Source: Alphaproteobacteria bacterium (GTDB taxonomy: Bacteria > Pseudomonadota > Alphaproteobacteria > Bin95). From it: a stretch of 64,000 nucleotides of DNA. Position 1 is the first letter of the stretch; every line of letters starts with the position of its first letter. The DNA is taken from positions 1,568,001 to 1,632,000 of the forward strand of contig OZ219787.1 in NCBI GenBank assembly GCA_964291285.2, in the 5' to 3' direction. The translations under genes and the position numbers were made by a program. The notes beneath the pieces were generated by a model that was not told where the DNA came from, made no database searches, and saw nothing but the letters and a program-made list of their open reading frames with translations. Below are positions 19,293-29,626 of this stretch, one piece after another.

Positions 19293-20278
19293 GGCTCCGG
19301 CCGGTTGGTGAAGTCGTATGTGACGCCGATCTGGTCGAGCGAGGTGGCCAGCCTGTCCGCATCCACACCGCCGAAGCCGTTCTGCTTCACCTCGTCGGTC
19401 ACGATATTGTCGCGGATCGCCATCTTGAGCCGTGCGAGCTCAAGCGCTTCGTCCGCGATCTCGTTGCGCTCCATGACGGACTTGATCGCGGTTTCGGGGT
19501 CGGCTACGGCGGCCTGCACGTCCTTGATGGTCGCGGCGACGAAGCCCCTGACGACTTCCGGGTTGGCCTTCGCATAGTCCGTGTTGACCATGATCGCGTT
19601 GCCGTAAAGCTTCAGCCCGTAGTCCGCCATCATCATGACCTTCACGTCTTCCGGCGCGACGCCGTTGCGGATCAGGTTGAAGTGGGACGAGAAGGAATAG
19701 CCGGTGATGGCATCGACCTCGCCGCGGGCCAGCATCGGCTCGCGCACCGGGAAGCCGACATTCTCGATCTGCACCTTGGAGGCGTCGATGCCGTTTTCCT
19801 TCACGAAGGCTTTCCACTGGGCGTAGGCCCCGTCCGGCGCCGGCGCGCCGAGGATGCGGCCTTCGAGGTCCCTGGGCTTGAGCACGCCGCGTTCCGCCGT
19901 CGAGACGATGGCGAAGGGCGGGCGGTTATAGACCATCAGCACGGCGGTCACGGGCGAGCCCGGGTTCTGGTCGAGGAACTTGGCGAGCGAGTTGATGTCC
20001 ATGAAGCCGACGGGATAGGTCCCGGCGGCGATGCGGGTGATGCCCTTCACGGAGCCGGGGCCCGAGTCGATGGTGACATCGAGGCCCTCGGCGGCGTAGT
20101 AGCCCTTGTCGATGGCGACGAAATAGGGCGCCGACGGGCCTTCGAATTTCCAGTCGAGCGCGAACTTGACGGCGGTTTCCGCGCCCGCGCCGTGGGCCGA
20201 GAGCGCCAGCGCGGCGGCCGAGAGGAGCGCGGCGCACCCGCGGCCCGGTCGGGGAAGGCGAAGACAGCGTGACATCAT
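19280..20278 (-). CDS. NMT1/THI5-like ABC substrate-binding protein, C-terminally truncated by element copy 1
   Basis: LDWKFEGP, KGYYAAEGLDV, REPMLARGEVDAITG; ends PEPSGV* using an element-derived TAA. Confidence 0.88.
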   Translation of the reverse strand: MMSRCLRLPRPGRGCAALLSAAALALSAHGAGAETAVKFALDWKFEGPSAPYFVAIDKGYYAAEGLDVTIDSGPGSVKGITRIAAGTYPVGFMDINSLAKFLDQNPGSPVTAVLMVYNRPPFAIVSTAERGVLKPRDLEGRILGAPAPDGAYAQWKAFVKENGIDASKVQIENVGFPVREPMLARGEVDAITGYSFSSHFNLIRNGVAPEDVKVMMMADYGLKLYGNAIMVNTDYAKANPEVVRGFVAATIKDVQAAVADPETAIKSVMERNEIADEALELARLKMAIRDNIVTDEVKQNGFGGVDADRLATSLDQIGVTYDFTNRPEPSGV

Positions 20279-20748
20279 GGGTTTCGTTCTCCCGTTCTGT
20301 GAAGCTGCGCGCAACGCCTCGACGCCGCACGTCGCAAATGAACCTTGCAGGGCCCGCGCCGGGGCCTGCCCGCCCGCCGCAAGTCCTTGTCCGGCCGGAC
20401 GCATCATCCTCCGTTCGAGCGCGCGGCGGAAGGCGAAAATCGCATCGGCGCGCCCGATGCGGGTATTTTTTCGTCAGTCTGCCGCATGTGAACTCTTTTT
20501 ATAAATGCGGGGTTGATTTTATATCTGGATAGCCTATGTTCCCTCTCCATGGGTATAAAATGGGAACAAATGGAAAGATGACCTGACGCTGCGAAGCGCG
20601 TGCGGCATGAGCCGCCTTGTGGCGCTACTCGGGATTTCGAAGGGCGAAACCGGCCTCGGGGCCGGACAGGGTAGGTGCGTGCGCCGGCCGCGGGGGTACC
20701 GACCGACCTGTCGTAATTCGGGGTGCGCAGCCTGGCCGGGGAGGGGCG

Positions 20749-21156
20749 ATGACGGAATCGATGAAAAGGCGGTCGCGGGGAAAAGCCTATGGCGAGGATT
20801 TGCGCCGCCGGGCGGCCGCGGCGGTGCTGGAGGAGGGGATGAGTCTGGCGGCGGCGGGTCGCCAGTTCGACGTCCACTGGAGCAGCGTCGGCCGCTGGGT
20901 GAAGCGCTACCGGGAGCGCGGCGACCTGCGGCCCGACCCGAAGGGCGGCGACCTCCGGTCGTGGCGGATCGAGGCGGAGCGGGAACGGATCCACCGCCTG
21001 CTGAAACGGAGGCCGGGGCTCAGCATCCGCGCGCTCCGCGACCGGCTGGCCGCCGAGGGCCTGTCGTTCAGCCCGTCCACCCTGCACCGCTTCCTGAAGC
21101 GCCACGGCCTGGAGCGCGAACGCCGCCCCGCCCGGCAGCGCCGCGAGCGCGGGTAG
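20749..21156 (+). CDS. Orphan IS630-type helix-turn-helix protein (no DDE domain)
   Basis: AYGEDLRRR...SLAAAGRQFDVHWSSVGRWVKRYRERG...PKGGD...TLHRFLKRHG resembles the IS630 transposase N-terminus. Confidence 0.7.
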   Translation: MTESMKRRSRGKAYGEDLRRRAAAAVLEEGMSLAAAGRQFDVHWSSVGRWVKRYRERGDLRPDPKGGDLRSWRIEAERERIHRLLKRRPGLSIRALRDRLAAEGLSFSPSTLHRFLKRHGLERERRPARQRRERG

Positions 21157-21196
21157 CAGCGGTGGACGGAGCGGTAGCGGCGCGTATCGAAGGAGC

Positions 21197-24100
21197 TTAC
21201 CAGCGCAGGCGGGCGTTCAGGGTGAGCGCGTGTTCGGGGCCGGCCGGGCGGTCGGCGCGTTCGGCGGCGAGGGCGAGGTCCGCGCCGGGGCCGAGCGTGA
21301 GGCGCGCGCCCAGGCGGGTGCGGCGCTCCCCGGCGTCCGCGAGGGCGAGGCCCGCATGGGGGGTCAGCAGGCCGCGCCCGCCCAGCACCGCGATGTCGTA
21401 GCCCGCCTCGGCGTCGAGGCGCGGCCGGGCGTCCCGTTCGCTGGCAAGCGCCGCCGCGTCCGCACGCCACAGCTGCTCGACGCCGCCCTCGGGCGCGCCC
21501 ACCGACGGCGCGAGCGAGAGCCTGAGCCCCCGCCCCTCCGCGCCCGGCGCATAGGCCAGCATCGCGCCGCCGCCCCACTCGGAGACCCCGTCGCCGTCCA
21601 GCAGCGCGCGCGCCCGGAGTGAGGCCGACAGACCGTCCGGGCCGGCCCAGGCGACGCCGCCGCCCAGTTCCGCCCCGGTCCCGGTCTCCCCGTCGCCGCC
21701 GTCATGGTGCAGGCCGAGCGACGCAGACGGGCGCAGCCCCGCCTCCGTCTCGTCCCAGGAGGCCTCCAGCGCGAGCCGCATCCGCCACGCCTCGGCCTCC
21801 GCCTCCCGCAGTGCATCGCCGCCGCCGTCGGCCTCGATCCGCGAGCCGAACGCCTCCGCGCGCAGCGCCAGCGCCATGCCGTCCGAGGGCGACGGCAACG
21901 GACCCCGCGCGCCCGCGCCCGCCATCGTCATTTCGAGGTCGGCCTTCTCACCGTCGCCGTCGCGGCGGTCGAGCGTCATGTCGCCCTCGCCCCAGCCGAG
22001 CACGCCCCAGAGGGACAGCCCGCCCGCCGCCTCGATGCGGACATAGGGATGCACCGAGGCGAGCGAGGCGTCGAGGTCGCCCGCCGCCGCGCCGTCCGCC
22101 GTCCGGTACTCGCCGTTGCCGGCGCTGTGCGCGGCCGCCACCCCGGCCAGCAGCCGCCCGCGCCGGATGTCGGCGCCGACCGTGGCGGTCATCGTGTCGC
22201 CGTCGAGCGCAAGGCCGCCTTCGTCCCCGTCGAAGCCCGACAGGTCCACCCGCCCCCAGGCCGTCCAGCCCATGTCCGCTATGCCCTCGCCCTCCGCCGC
22301 CGAGACGCGGAAGGAGGTCCCCGCAAGCAGGTCGCGGGCCACCAGCGCCTGCGCCACCGCAATTCCCCTCTCTCCGCTTGCGGGGAGAGGACGGGTGAGG
22401 GGGCCGGCCGCCAGGCCGGCGGTGCCAACGCCGCCATTCGCAACGTTCGCCGCGTCCAGCGCGGCGGCGGGCGAAGCCCCGCAAGCGGCCGCGCACGCCG
22501 CGAGGCCCTCCCCCGACCCCTCCCGCCGGGCGGGAGGGGGGTTAAGCAAGGCGGCAGGGGAGTAGAGGGAGCGCCCCGCCAGCCTGAGCCGGTCGCGTTG
22601 CCCGGCCGGCTCCGAAAGCCGCGCGCCGACCGCCGCCATCACATGGTCCGCCACGGTCCGCCCGAAGCGGGAGAGCCAGCGCGTCGCCGCCAGCGCCGCC
22701 GGGGCGCTCCGGGCGTGGACCGTCACGGTCCCGGTCAGCGCCGCCGGGCCGCTGTGCGAGGCGGCCGCGGCCGTCACCGTCAGCACGGCGTCGCCCTCCA
22801 GCCCGTCCGCGCCCTCGGGCGTGTAGGAGAGGGTGATCCGCGCCTCGCTGTCGGATACGCGCGCGGCGTCGCGGGCCGTCACGCCCGGCAGGCCGGTTAC
22901 CGTTACCAGGGCCGGATCGCTCCATGTCGCGCCCGCCAGCCGCAGGGTCACGGTCGCATCGTCAACATTGTCCTCCGTCAGCCGCGCCGGCGTTGTCGCG
23001 AGCCGCAGCGCCGCCGTCGGCGATGCCGGGGCGGAGTCGGCCGAGGCCGTCCCGTCCCCGGCGCTGTTGGTGGCGATGACCCGCACGGTGTAGTCCGTGC
23101 CCGCCATCAGGCCGGGGATGGTGTGGCTGGTGCCGGTCGTCTCTGCCTGCCGGTTGTCGGTCGCCGCGTTGGCGAAGGTCTCAGACCCCGACTTCCACTG
23201 CACCCGGTAGCGGGCCGCCCGCGCCGCCGCGTTCCAGCGCACCGCCAGCGCGCCGACGCCCGGCGTCACCGTCACGCCCGCCACCTGCGCCGGCGGCTGT
23301 GTCGGCGTCGGGGGCGGCGGCTGCGGCGGGGGCGTCGTCGTCGTCTGCGCGGTCGCCTCCAGGGTTGCCGACCAGGCGCTGCAATTGGATGTCGCGCTGC
23401 CGTCGGAGCCGCGCTCGCAGAGCCTCAGCCGCATCGCGTAGGCGGCGCCCTCCGTGAGACCGGGATAGGTCGAGGTGTATACGGTGCCCGGGGCGCGCCG
23501 GGCGAGGTCCACGAAAGCGGGAGGGTTGGACCGGCGCGTCCAGGCCGTGGCGGTCGCCAGCCGGTATTCCAGTTGCAGGACGACCCCGTCCGGGAAGTCC
23601 GCGCTGCTGTCGATGCCCGCCGGCATGTCCCAGTCGACCTTGATCTCGGTCGCGGCGGCGGACTTGAAGCGGAGGTTCGCGGGAACGGCAGGGGCCTGCT
23701 GCGCCGCGGCCGTCGTCGTCTCCGTGATCCGGGCGGTCCAGCCGCTCATGCGGTCCTCGTTCACGGCCCGCACCCGGAACTGGTAGGCGGTGCCCGCCGT
23801 CAGCCCGGTCACGTCGGCGGTGGCGGCGGAGGCCGTGTCTTCGTTCGGCCATGTCGCGCCGCCGTCGTCCGGCCCCCACTGGTAGGTGTAGCTCACCGCC
23901 TTGCCGCCGGTCTGCGTCGGCGCGGTCCATCCAAGCGTCACCTGCGTCTCCTGCACGCCCGACGCCGCCAGCCCCGTCGGGATGCCCGGCGGCGCGGCCA
24001 CCGTCCGGATGTCGGACCAGGGGCTGTTGCCGACGGCGTTCATCGCGCGTATGCGGAATTCGGAGGCGGCGGTCACGGATGTCTGCGGTGAGACGGTGGT

Positions 24101-24870
24101 GACGCCGGGTTCCGTATTTCCGATGCTAGACCAAATTGAACTGCCGGCATTCCTCCCCTCCCAGCGGTAGCCGGTGATGGCGCTGCCGCCGTCGTCCGGC
24201 TCGGTCCAGGAGAGGACCGCAAGCTCGTCAGCGGTCGCGTGCGCCGTCGCGGTCAGCACCGGCGCGGCGGGCACGGTCGCCACCCCCGGGTCCACCGGGT
24301 CAATGTCCGCGGTCCTCACCCGCGCCTGCATTGGTGGCTCGTTGCCCGTGAACCAACTGTTCGTGTCGCCGGTCCCGGTGCGCATGGAGCGGATGCGGAA
24401 TTCGTATTCGATATTTTGCGTCAGGCCGTCGTCATCCCGGGTGAGGGTGACGCTGGTGGCCGCGCCGTTATTGACCGTCCTGGTGCCGTCCGCTTCGTTG
24501 GCGCCCGTCCAGTTGCCGGCCTTGGACGACTCCCGCCAGTCGATCCTGAAGCCGTTGATCGTCTCGCCGGTCGCCACCGCGCTCGTGCCCGCGTCCCAGG
24601 TGACCGTGATGGAAACGTCCGAGGTGGACGCCGACGCCGCAAGGCCGGTGGGCGTGGCCGGCCGCTGCGCCTCGGCCGCCGGCGCGAAGGCGAGCAGCGT
24701 GGACAGGGCGAGCAGGAAGACGCCGACTAGGCGGCGGAGGCTTCTCCGAAGTTCACGCCGTACAGAGAAGTGGCTCGGCGCTCGGCGCTAATTATACCGC
24801 GTTCGCCGCGCGCGGTCGCGCCCGCAACGGCCCCGCCCCGCGGCCCGATGCCCGGCATGCCTCCAACCAT
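21197..24870 (-). CDS. Fibronectin type III-repeat autotransporter-like surface protein; leader out of frame
   Basis: Multiple Fn3 repeats (WTEPDDGGSAITGY, YQFRVRAVN), WLSRFGRTVA linker, barrel ending W. The signal peptide lies in frame upstream of 24577, but ATG 24870 (GGAGG RBS) is shifted. Confidence 0.8.
22365..22541. repeat. Inverted pair of REP/RPE-like palindromic units embedded in frame in the autotransporter
   Basis: CCCCTCTCTCCGCTTGCGGGGAGAGGACGGGTGAGGGG and CCCTCCCCCGACCCCTCCCGCCGGGCGGGAGGGGG. Confidence 0.65.
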
Positions 24871-25019
24871 GGAACCCTCCCCCGACGCCAAATCATCGGA
24901 AAATCCATTTTCTCAACATGGACAATTACCATATTTCAGATGAAAGCGCGGACAAACGCTTTCGCAACGCCGCCCCGGCAAGGCCCGCGCGCCGCATTTC
25001 CCCCCGCGGCCCCCGCCCG

Positions 25020-25200
25020 CCTGCCCCCGCGAAGGCGGGGGTCGCCCCGGCCCCCGAGCCGTGGCCCATGTCGTCATCCCGGCCCCCGAGCCGGGACCCG
25101 GACTCTCCCGGCGGCCTCGGCGGCCCGGCCCTGCCTCGACCGGCTGCGGCGGCGCAAACAGTCAGGGATGGCCCCCGGATCAAGTCCGGGGTGACGGTGG
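25020..25200. repeat. Intergenic REP/RPE-like palindromic element
   Basis: CCTGCCCCCGCGAAGGCGGGGG, GTCATCCCGGC...CCGGGACCC, CCCCGGATCAAGTCCGGGGTGAC, typical alphaproteobacterial repeats. Confidence 0.7.
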
Positions 25201-25321
25201 TGTGGCGGGGGTGACGGTTGGGGGGCGCGGGGGCAGGCGGGGCGCGTGCGTTGCGAAACCGCCGGACGCAGATGCGGGTGTGAAGCCGGCAGCCGGTTGC
25301 GGCGGGTTCGGGAGCCTGCCC

Positions 25322-26857
25322 TCAGTCCAGGCGGGTAATCCGTCCCTCGATCGCCGGGGAGACCGTGCCGACGGTCTCGACGAACTCCATCACATGCGCG
25401 GCCATGAAGGAGGAGTCCCTGGCGGCGATGCGCCTCTCGGCCCCCTCGAACATGGCGTAGCGGTCTCCGCCCTTTGCGAGGAAGTCGTTGGTCGCGAGCG
25501 TGTAGGTCCTGTCGTCCTCCAGCGGCGCATCGCCGACGGTTACCTCGACGACCCGCCCGCCCTTCGGCCGGCCGGCGTCGAAGGAGAACGCCAGTCCCGA
25601 CACATGCGGAAAGCGTCCGCCGGCGTTTTCGACCTCCGCGACGCCGTGCTCGAGGGCTGCGCGGACCTCGGCGCCGGTGAGGGCGAGCTTCACGGTCCTG
25701 TTCCCGAACGGCAGTTCCGTCAGCACCAGCTTGCCGGTGATTTCGGAGCCCGCGGGATAGACGGTGTCGCCACGAATGCCGCCGCCATTGGTCAGCGCGA
25801 TGTCCGCGCCGACGGCGGCGCGCATGGCGTCCGCCACCAGATTGCCGAAGGCGTTCTCGCCCGAACGCACCGAAGCGCGGCGGGTGTCGAGCTCCGTCGT
25901 CGTCACTCCGACCGCGATGCCCAGGCTGCTGTCGAGCCGCTTCCGGCGCTTCTCGACGGCCCTGGCGAGCGCGGGCTCGTCCTTCACGCCTTCGGTCGAA
26001 CGCAGTCGGTAATCGGGCGTCCAGACCGGCCGCATGTTTCCGCGCCGGTCTTCCACGCGGTCGAGCGCCAGCCTGAGCACGCCGACATAAGACCCTTGCG
26101 AGCCCGCCTTCAGCACCGTTTGCCGCCCGTCATACCAGGCGAGGGCCAGATGGTCGTGGCCGCCGAGAACGACGTCGATCCCCGCCGACGCGCGCAGAAG
26201 CTCCAGGTCCTGCGCGAGGTCGTTGTGGGTCAGCGCGATCACCAGGTCGGCCCCGGCCTCCCTCAGTTCGGCGGCAAGGGCGGCGCCCGTTTCGACGAAG
26301 GGGGCGAAGGCGACATCCTTGCCCGGAGAGGAAATCTGCGCGGTTTCGGGCGTGACCAGGCCGAGAAAGCCGATCCGGTATCCGCCATGCTCGACGATCT
26401 TCACGGTCCCGGCTCCGGGAAAGCCCGGCCCGCCCCGGTAGCGGACATTGCCGGCGAGCCAGGCCGTCTCCGACTGTGCGAGCCGCTCCCTGAGGACTTC
26501 CGGGCCGAAGTCGAATTCGTGGTTGCCGGGCACCGCGATGTCGAACCCGATGGCGTTCGCAAGCTCGATAATGTGCTCGCCCCTGTCCAGCCCGGAGAGC
26601 AGGGAGGGCGAGATCATGTCGCCGCCGAAGGTGACGATGGCGAGCCCGCCCGCCTTTTCGGCGCGGGCGCGCTCCTCGGAAACGACCGCCGCGATCTTCG
26701 CCGCGCCGCCCCGGCCGTCCACTCCTTCCATCCGGTCCCAGTCGTTCACATGCACGAGCGTCACGGAAAGCGGTTCGGCGCCCGCAGGCGTCCAGATGGC
26801 CGCGGCAAGGACCAGCAGCGCAGCAACAAGGGCGAGCGGACGGCAGGTTCGGGGCAT
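25322..26857 (-). CDS. Periplasmic 5'-nucleotidase / UDP-sugar hydrolase family
   Basis: Signal peptide, GNHEFD, GGHDH, NGGGIR, GRFPHVSG. Confidence 0.9.
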   Translation of the reverse strand: MPRTCRPLALVAALLVLAAAIWTPAGAEPLSVTLVHVNDWDRMEGVDGRGGAAKIAAVVSEERARAEKAGGLAIVTFGGDMISPSLLSGLDRGEHIIELANAIGFDIAVPGNHEFDFGPEVLRERLAQSETAWLAGNVRYRGGPGFPGAGTVKIVEHGGYRIGFLGLVTPETAQISSPGKDVAFAPFVETGAALAAELREAGADLVIALTHNDLAQDLELLRASAGIDVVLGGHDHLALAWYDGRQTVLKAGSQGSYVGVLRLALDRVEDRRGNMRPVWTPDYRLRSTEGVKDEPALARAVEKRRKRLDSSLGIAVGVTTTELDTRRASVRSGENAFGNLVADAMRAAVGADIALTNGGGIRGDTVYPAGSEITGKLVLTELPFGNRTVKLALTGAEVRAALEHGVAEVENAGGRFPHVSGLAFSFDAGRPKGGRVVEVTVGDAPLEDDRTYTLATNDFLAKGGDRYAMFEGAERRIAARDSSFMAAHVMEFVETVGTVSPAIEGRITRLD

Positions 26858-27019
26858 GGGCGGCGGTCCTGTAGAATTGTCAAGGGAAGCGGGCTGCGAA
26901 GCCGTCCGGCGCAATATCATGCCGGCGGCGCGGATGACATCCCGGGCGGCGCCGAATATCGAGACCCTGGAACCGGAGTTTCATGCAATTGTCGGCAGAG
27001 GCGCAAGGAGGCGGCGGCT

Positions 27020-28462
27020 TTGACGGACCGCGATGAACGCCGGGGCGCTCCGGTGCTCATATGGTTCCGGCGCGATCTTCGGCTTGACGATAATCCCGCG
27101 CTGGCCTGGGCTGCGGAAACCGGCAGGCCTGTCATACCCTTTTTCCTGCTCGACGATGAGGAGTGCGGGAGGGGCGGGGCGTCGCGATGGTGGCTGCATG
27201 GAAGCCTGAATGCGCTCGGCGAAGACCTCGCGCGCGCCGGCAGCCGGCTGGTCCTGCGCAGCGGTCCCGCCGGCGAGGCGATTACCGCGCTGGCGGAGGA
27301 GACCGGCGCGGCGGACATCGTCTGGAACCGGCTTTACGAACCGGCCCTCATCAAGCGGGACGAGGACATCGAGGCGCAGTGCCGGCGAACGGGCGCGGCA
27401 TCCCGGTCGTTCAACGCGGCGCTGCTGTTCGAGCCCTGGACCGTCCGCACGCAAACGGGCGGGCATTACCGGGTGTTCACGCCGTTCTGGCGCGCGTGCC
27501 TGAAACAGGGCTTCGAGCCGGCTCGGGGCGCCGTGCGGCGCCTGCCGCCGCCGGCCGACTGGCCCGCAAGCGAAGAACTGGCGAATTGGCGGCTCCGCCC
27601 GACCGCGCCGGACTGGGCCTCCGGCCTGCGGGAGGCCTGGCGGCCGGGCGAGGCGGGCGCCCGTTCGCGTCTCGAACGGTTCCTGGGGAAGCGCGCCTCC
27701 GGCTATGCGGAAGGACGCGAGTTCCCGGCGGGGCAGGGCACCGGGATGCTCTCGCCCTACCTGCATTTCGGCGAGATCGGGCCCCGGCAGGTGGCTGCGG
27801 CGCTCGGCCCGGCCGATCCCGGCAGCGGCGCTTATGCGTTCCTGCGCCAGATCGGCTGGCGCGAGTTCAGCTACCACCTGCTTTACCACAATCCCGACAT
27901 GGGCTCGGTCAATCTCCAGCGCGGCTTCGACCGTATGCCCTGGCGCGAGGACCCCGAGGGCCTGCGGGCCTGGCAGCGCGGCCGCACCGGCTATCCGCTC
28001 GTCGATGCCGGCATGAGGGAGCTCTGGACAACCGGCTGGATGCACAACCGGGTGCGGATGGTCGCCGCGTCCTTCCTGACCAAGCACCTGCTGATTGACT
28101 GGCGGCTCGGCGCCGACTGGTTCCTCGACACGCTCGTCGACGCCGACCTCGCCAACAACAGCGCCGGCTGGCAGTGGGTCGCGGGCAGCGGTGCGGATGC
28201 CGCACCGTATTTCCGCATCTTCAACCCGGTCGCGCAGTCGCGGCGCTTCGACGCCGGAGGCGGCTATCTCCGCAAATGGCTCCCGGAGTTACGGCAATTG
28301 CCGGACAAATGGATCCATGCGCCCTGGGAGGCTCCGGAGACCGTCCTGGCGGAAGCCGGGGTAAGGCCCGGCGAGACCTGGCCCCGTCCCATCGTGGACC
28401 ACAGACCGGCGCGCGAGCGGGCTCTCGACATCTACAGGACCGTCATTCGCGAGGGCGCGTGA
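27020..28462 (+). CDS. phrB: Deoxyribodipyrimidine photolyase
   Basis: WFRRDLRLDDNPAL, LSPYLHFG, TGWMHNRVRM, DAAPYFRIFNP; TTG start with AAGGAGG RBS. Confidence 0.93.
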   Translation: MTDRDERRGAPVLIWFRRDLRLDDNPALAWAAETGRPVIPFFLLDDEECGRGGASRWWLHGSLNALGEDLARAGSRLVLRSGPAGEAITALAEETGAADIVWNRLYEPALIKRDEDIEAQCRRTGAASRSFNAALLFEPWTVRTQTGGHYRVFTPFWRACLKQGFEPARGAVRRLPPPADWPASEELANWRLRPTAPDWASGLREAWRPGEAGARSRLERFLGKRASGYAEGREFPAGQGTGMLSPYLHFGEIGPRQVAAALGPADPGSGAYAFLRQIGWREFSYHLLYHNPDMGSVNLQRGFDRMPWREDPEGLRAWQRGRTGYPLVDAGMRELWTTGWMHNRVRMVAASFLTKHLLIDWRLGADWFLDTLVDADLANNSAGWQWVAGSGADAAPYFRIFNPVAQSRRFDAGGGYLRKWLPELRQLPDKWIHAPWEAPETVLAEAGVRPGETWPRPIVDHRPARERALDIYRTVIREGA

Positions 28463-28555
28463 CAGCAGCACACGAGGCCAATTCGTCTCTTATGACCGCT
28501 TCGACCATTTTGATTAAAATGTTCGACCTCAGGACGGTAGGGGAGCATCCAGATA

Positions 28556-28849
28556 ATGAAGAAGTGCGTTCCCGTCGCGGAGGCCAGGACGAACTTCGGC
28601 GCGCTTCCGGAGAAAGCGCAGCGCGGGCCGGTCGCGATCTCGAAGAAAGGCCGTCCGGTGGCCGTGTCGATGCCGGCGGACGAATTCGAGGATCGCCGGA
28701 GGTTCACGCTCGAACAACTCCGTCGCGAGGTCAGGGCCGGGCTTGAGGATCTGGAGGCCGGCGAGGTTGTCGACGGCGCCGAAGCATTCGAGGCGGTGAG
28801 GCGTGAGGAGCATGATGTTGCTTCCGGGTCCGAACGAAACCAAGCGTGA
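28556..28849 (+). CDS. Phd/YefM-family antitoxin-like protein with ParD-like tail
   Basis: EARTNFGAL...GPVAISKKGRPVAV; LRREVRAGLEDLEAGEVVDG. Confidence 0.7.
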   Translation: MKKCVPVAEARTNFGALPEKAQRGPVAISKKGRPVAVSMPADEFEDRRRFTLEQLRREVRAGLEDLEAGEVVDGAEAFEAVRREEHDVASGSERNQA

Positions 28850-28911
28850 ACTTGCGACCCGGAGTCGTGAGCGGCTGCGCACCCGGCGCTTGTAAGGAAG
28901 AGGCAGCGAGG

Positions 28912-29610
28912 ATGCTTCGCCTGTTCGTCGATGCCGGGCTCCGCGAGGGAGCGTCCGTTTCGCTGGACGGCGGGCAGGCGGCGTGGCTCGGCCGGGTGAT
29001 GCGCCGGCGCGCGGGCGGGCGGTTCGCGGTCTTCAACGGCCGGGACGGGGAATGGGAGGCGGAGATCGCGGCGCTGGAACGCGGCTCGGGGCGGGCGGCG
29101 GTGCTGCGGCGGCTGCGCCCGCAGGCGCCGTCTCCCGATATCCGGCTCGCCTTCGCGCCGGCCAAGCGCGGCAATGCGGACCTTGCCGTGCGCCAGGCGA
29201 CAGAACTCGGCGCCGCGCGCATTCTGCCCGTCGTCTGTGAGCGCGGCGTGGTGGACCGGCTCAATGTGACGCGCCTGCGCCGCATCGCCGTCGAGGCGGC
29301 GGAGCAGTGCGGCCGGCTCGACGTGCCGGAAATCGCGCCGCTTGCGCCCCTGCGCGACCTGCTCGCGGCCTGGCCGGCGGAACGGCCGCTCGCGGCCTGC
29401 CATCCGGGCGGCGGGCCGATGCAGGCGGGTCCGGCGCCGGGCGGTCTTTTGCTCGGGCCGGAAGGCGGCTTTGCAGCGGCGGAACTTGACGCTTTCGCCG
29501 AAACCGGTTTCGTTCGCCTCGTCGATCTCGGCCCGCGTATCCTGCGGGCGGAGACGGCGGTCGTGGCCGCGCTCTCCATGCGCCACGCGATCTGGGGAGA
29601 CGGGGCTTGA
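28912..29610 (+). CDS. rsmE: 16S rRNA m3U1498 methyltransferase RsmE
   Basis: ATELG, EAAEQC, GPEGGF, LGPRILRAETA. Confidence 0.93.
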   Translation: MLRLFVDAGLREGASVSLDGGQAAWLGRVMRRRAGGRFAVFNGRDGEWEAEIAALERGSGRAAVLRRLRPQAPSPDIRLAFAPAKRGNADLAVRQATELGAARILPVVCERGVVDRLNVTRLRRIAVEAAEQCGRLDVPEIAPLAPLRDLLAAWPAERPLAACHPGGGPMQAGPAPGGLLLGPEGGFAAAELDAFAETGFVRLVDLGPRILRAETAVVAALSMRHAIWGDGA

Positions 29611-29626
29611 AGCGAGGGAGCGGCCG

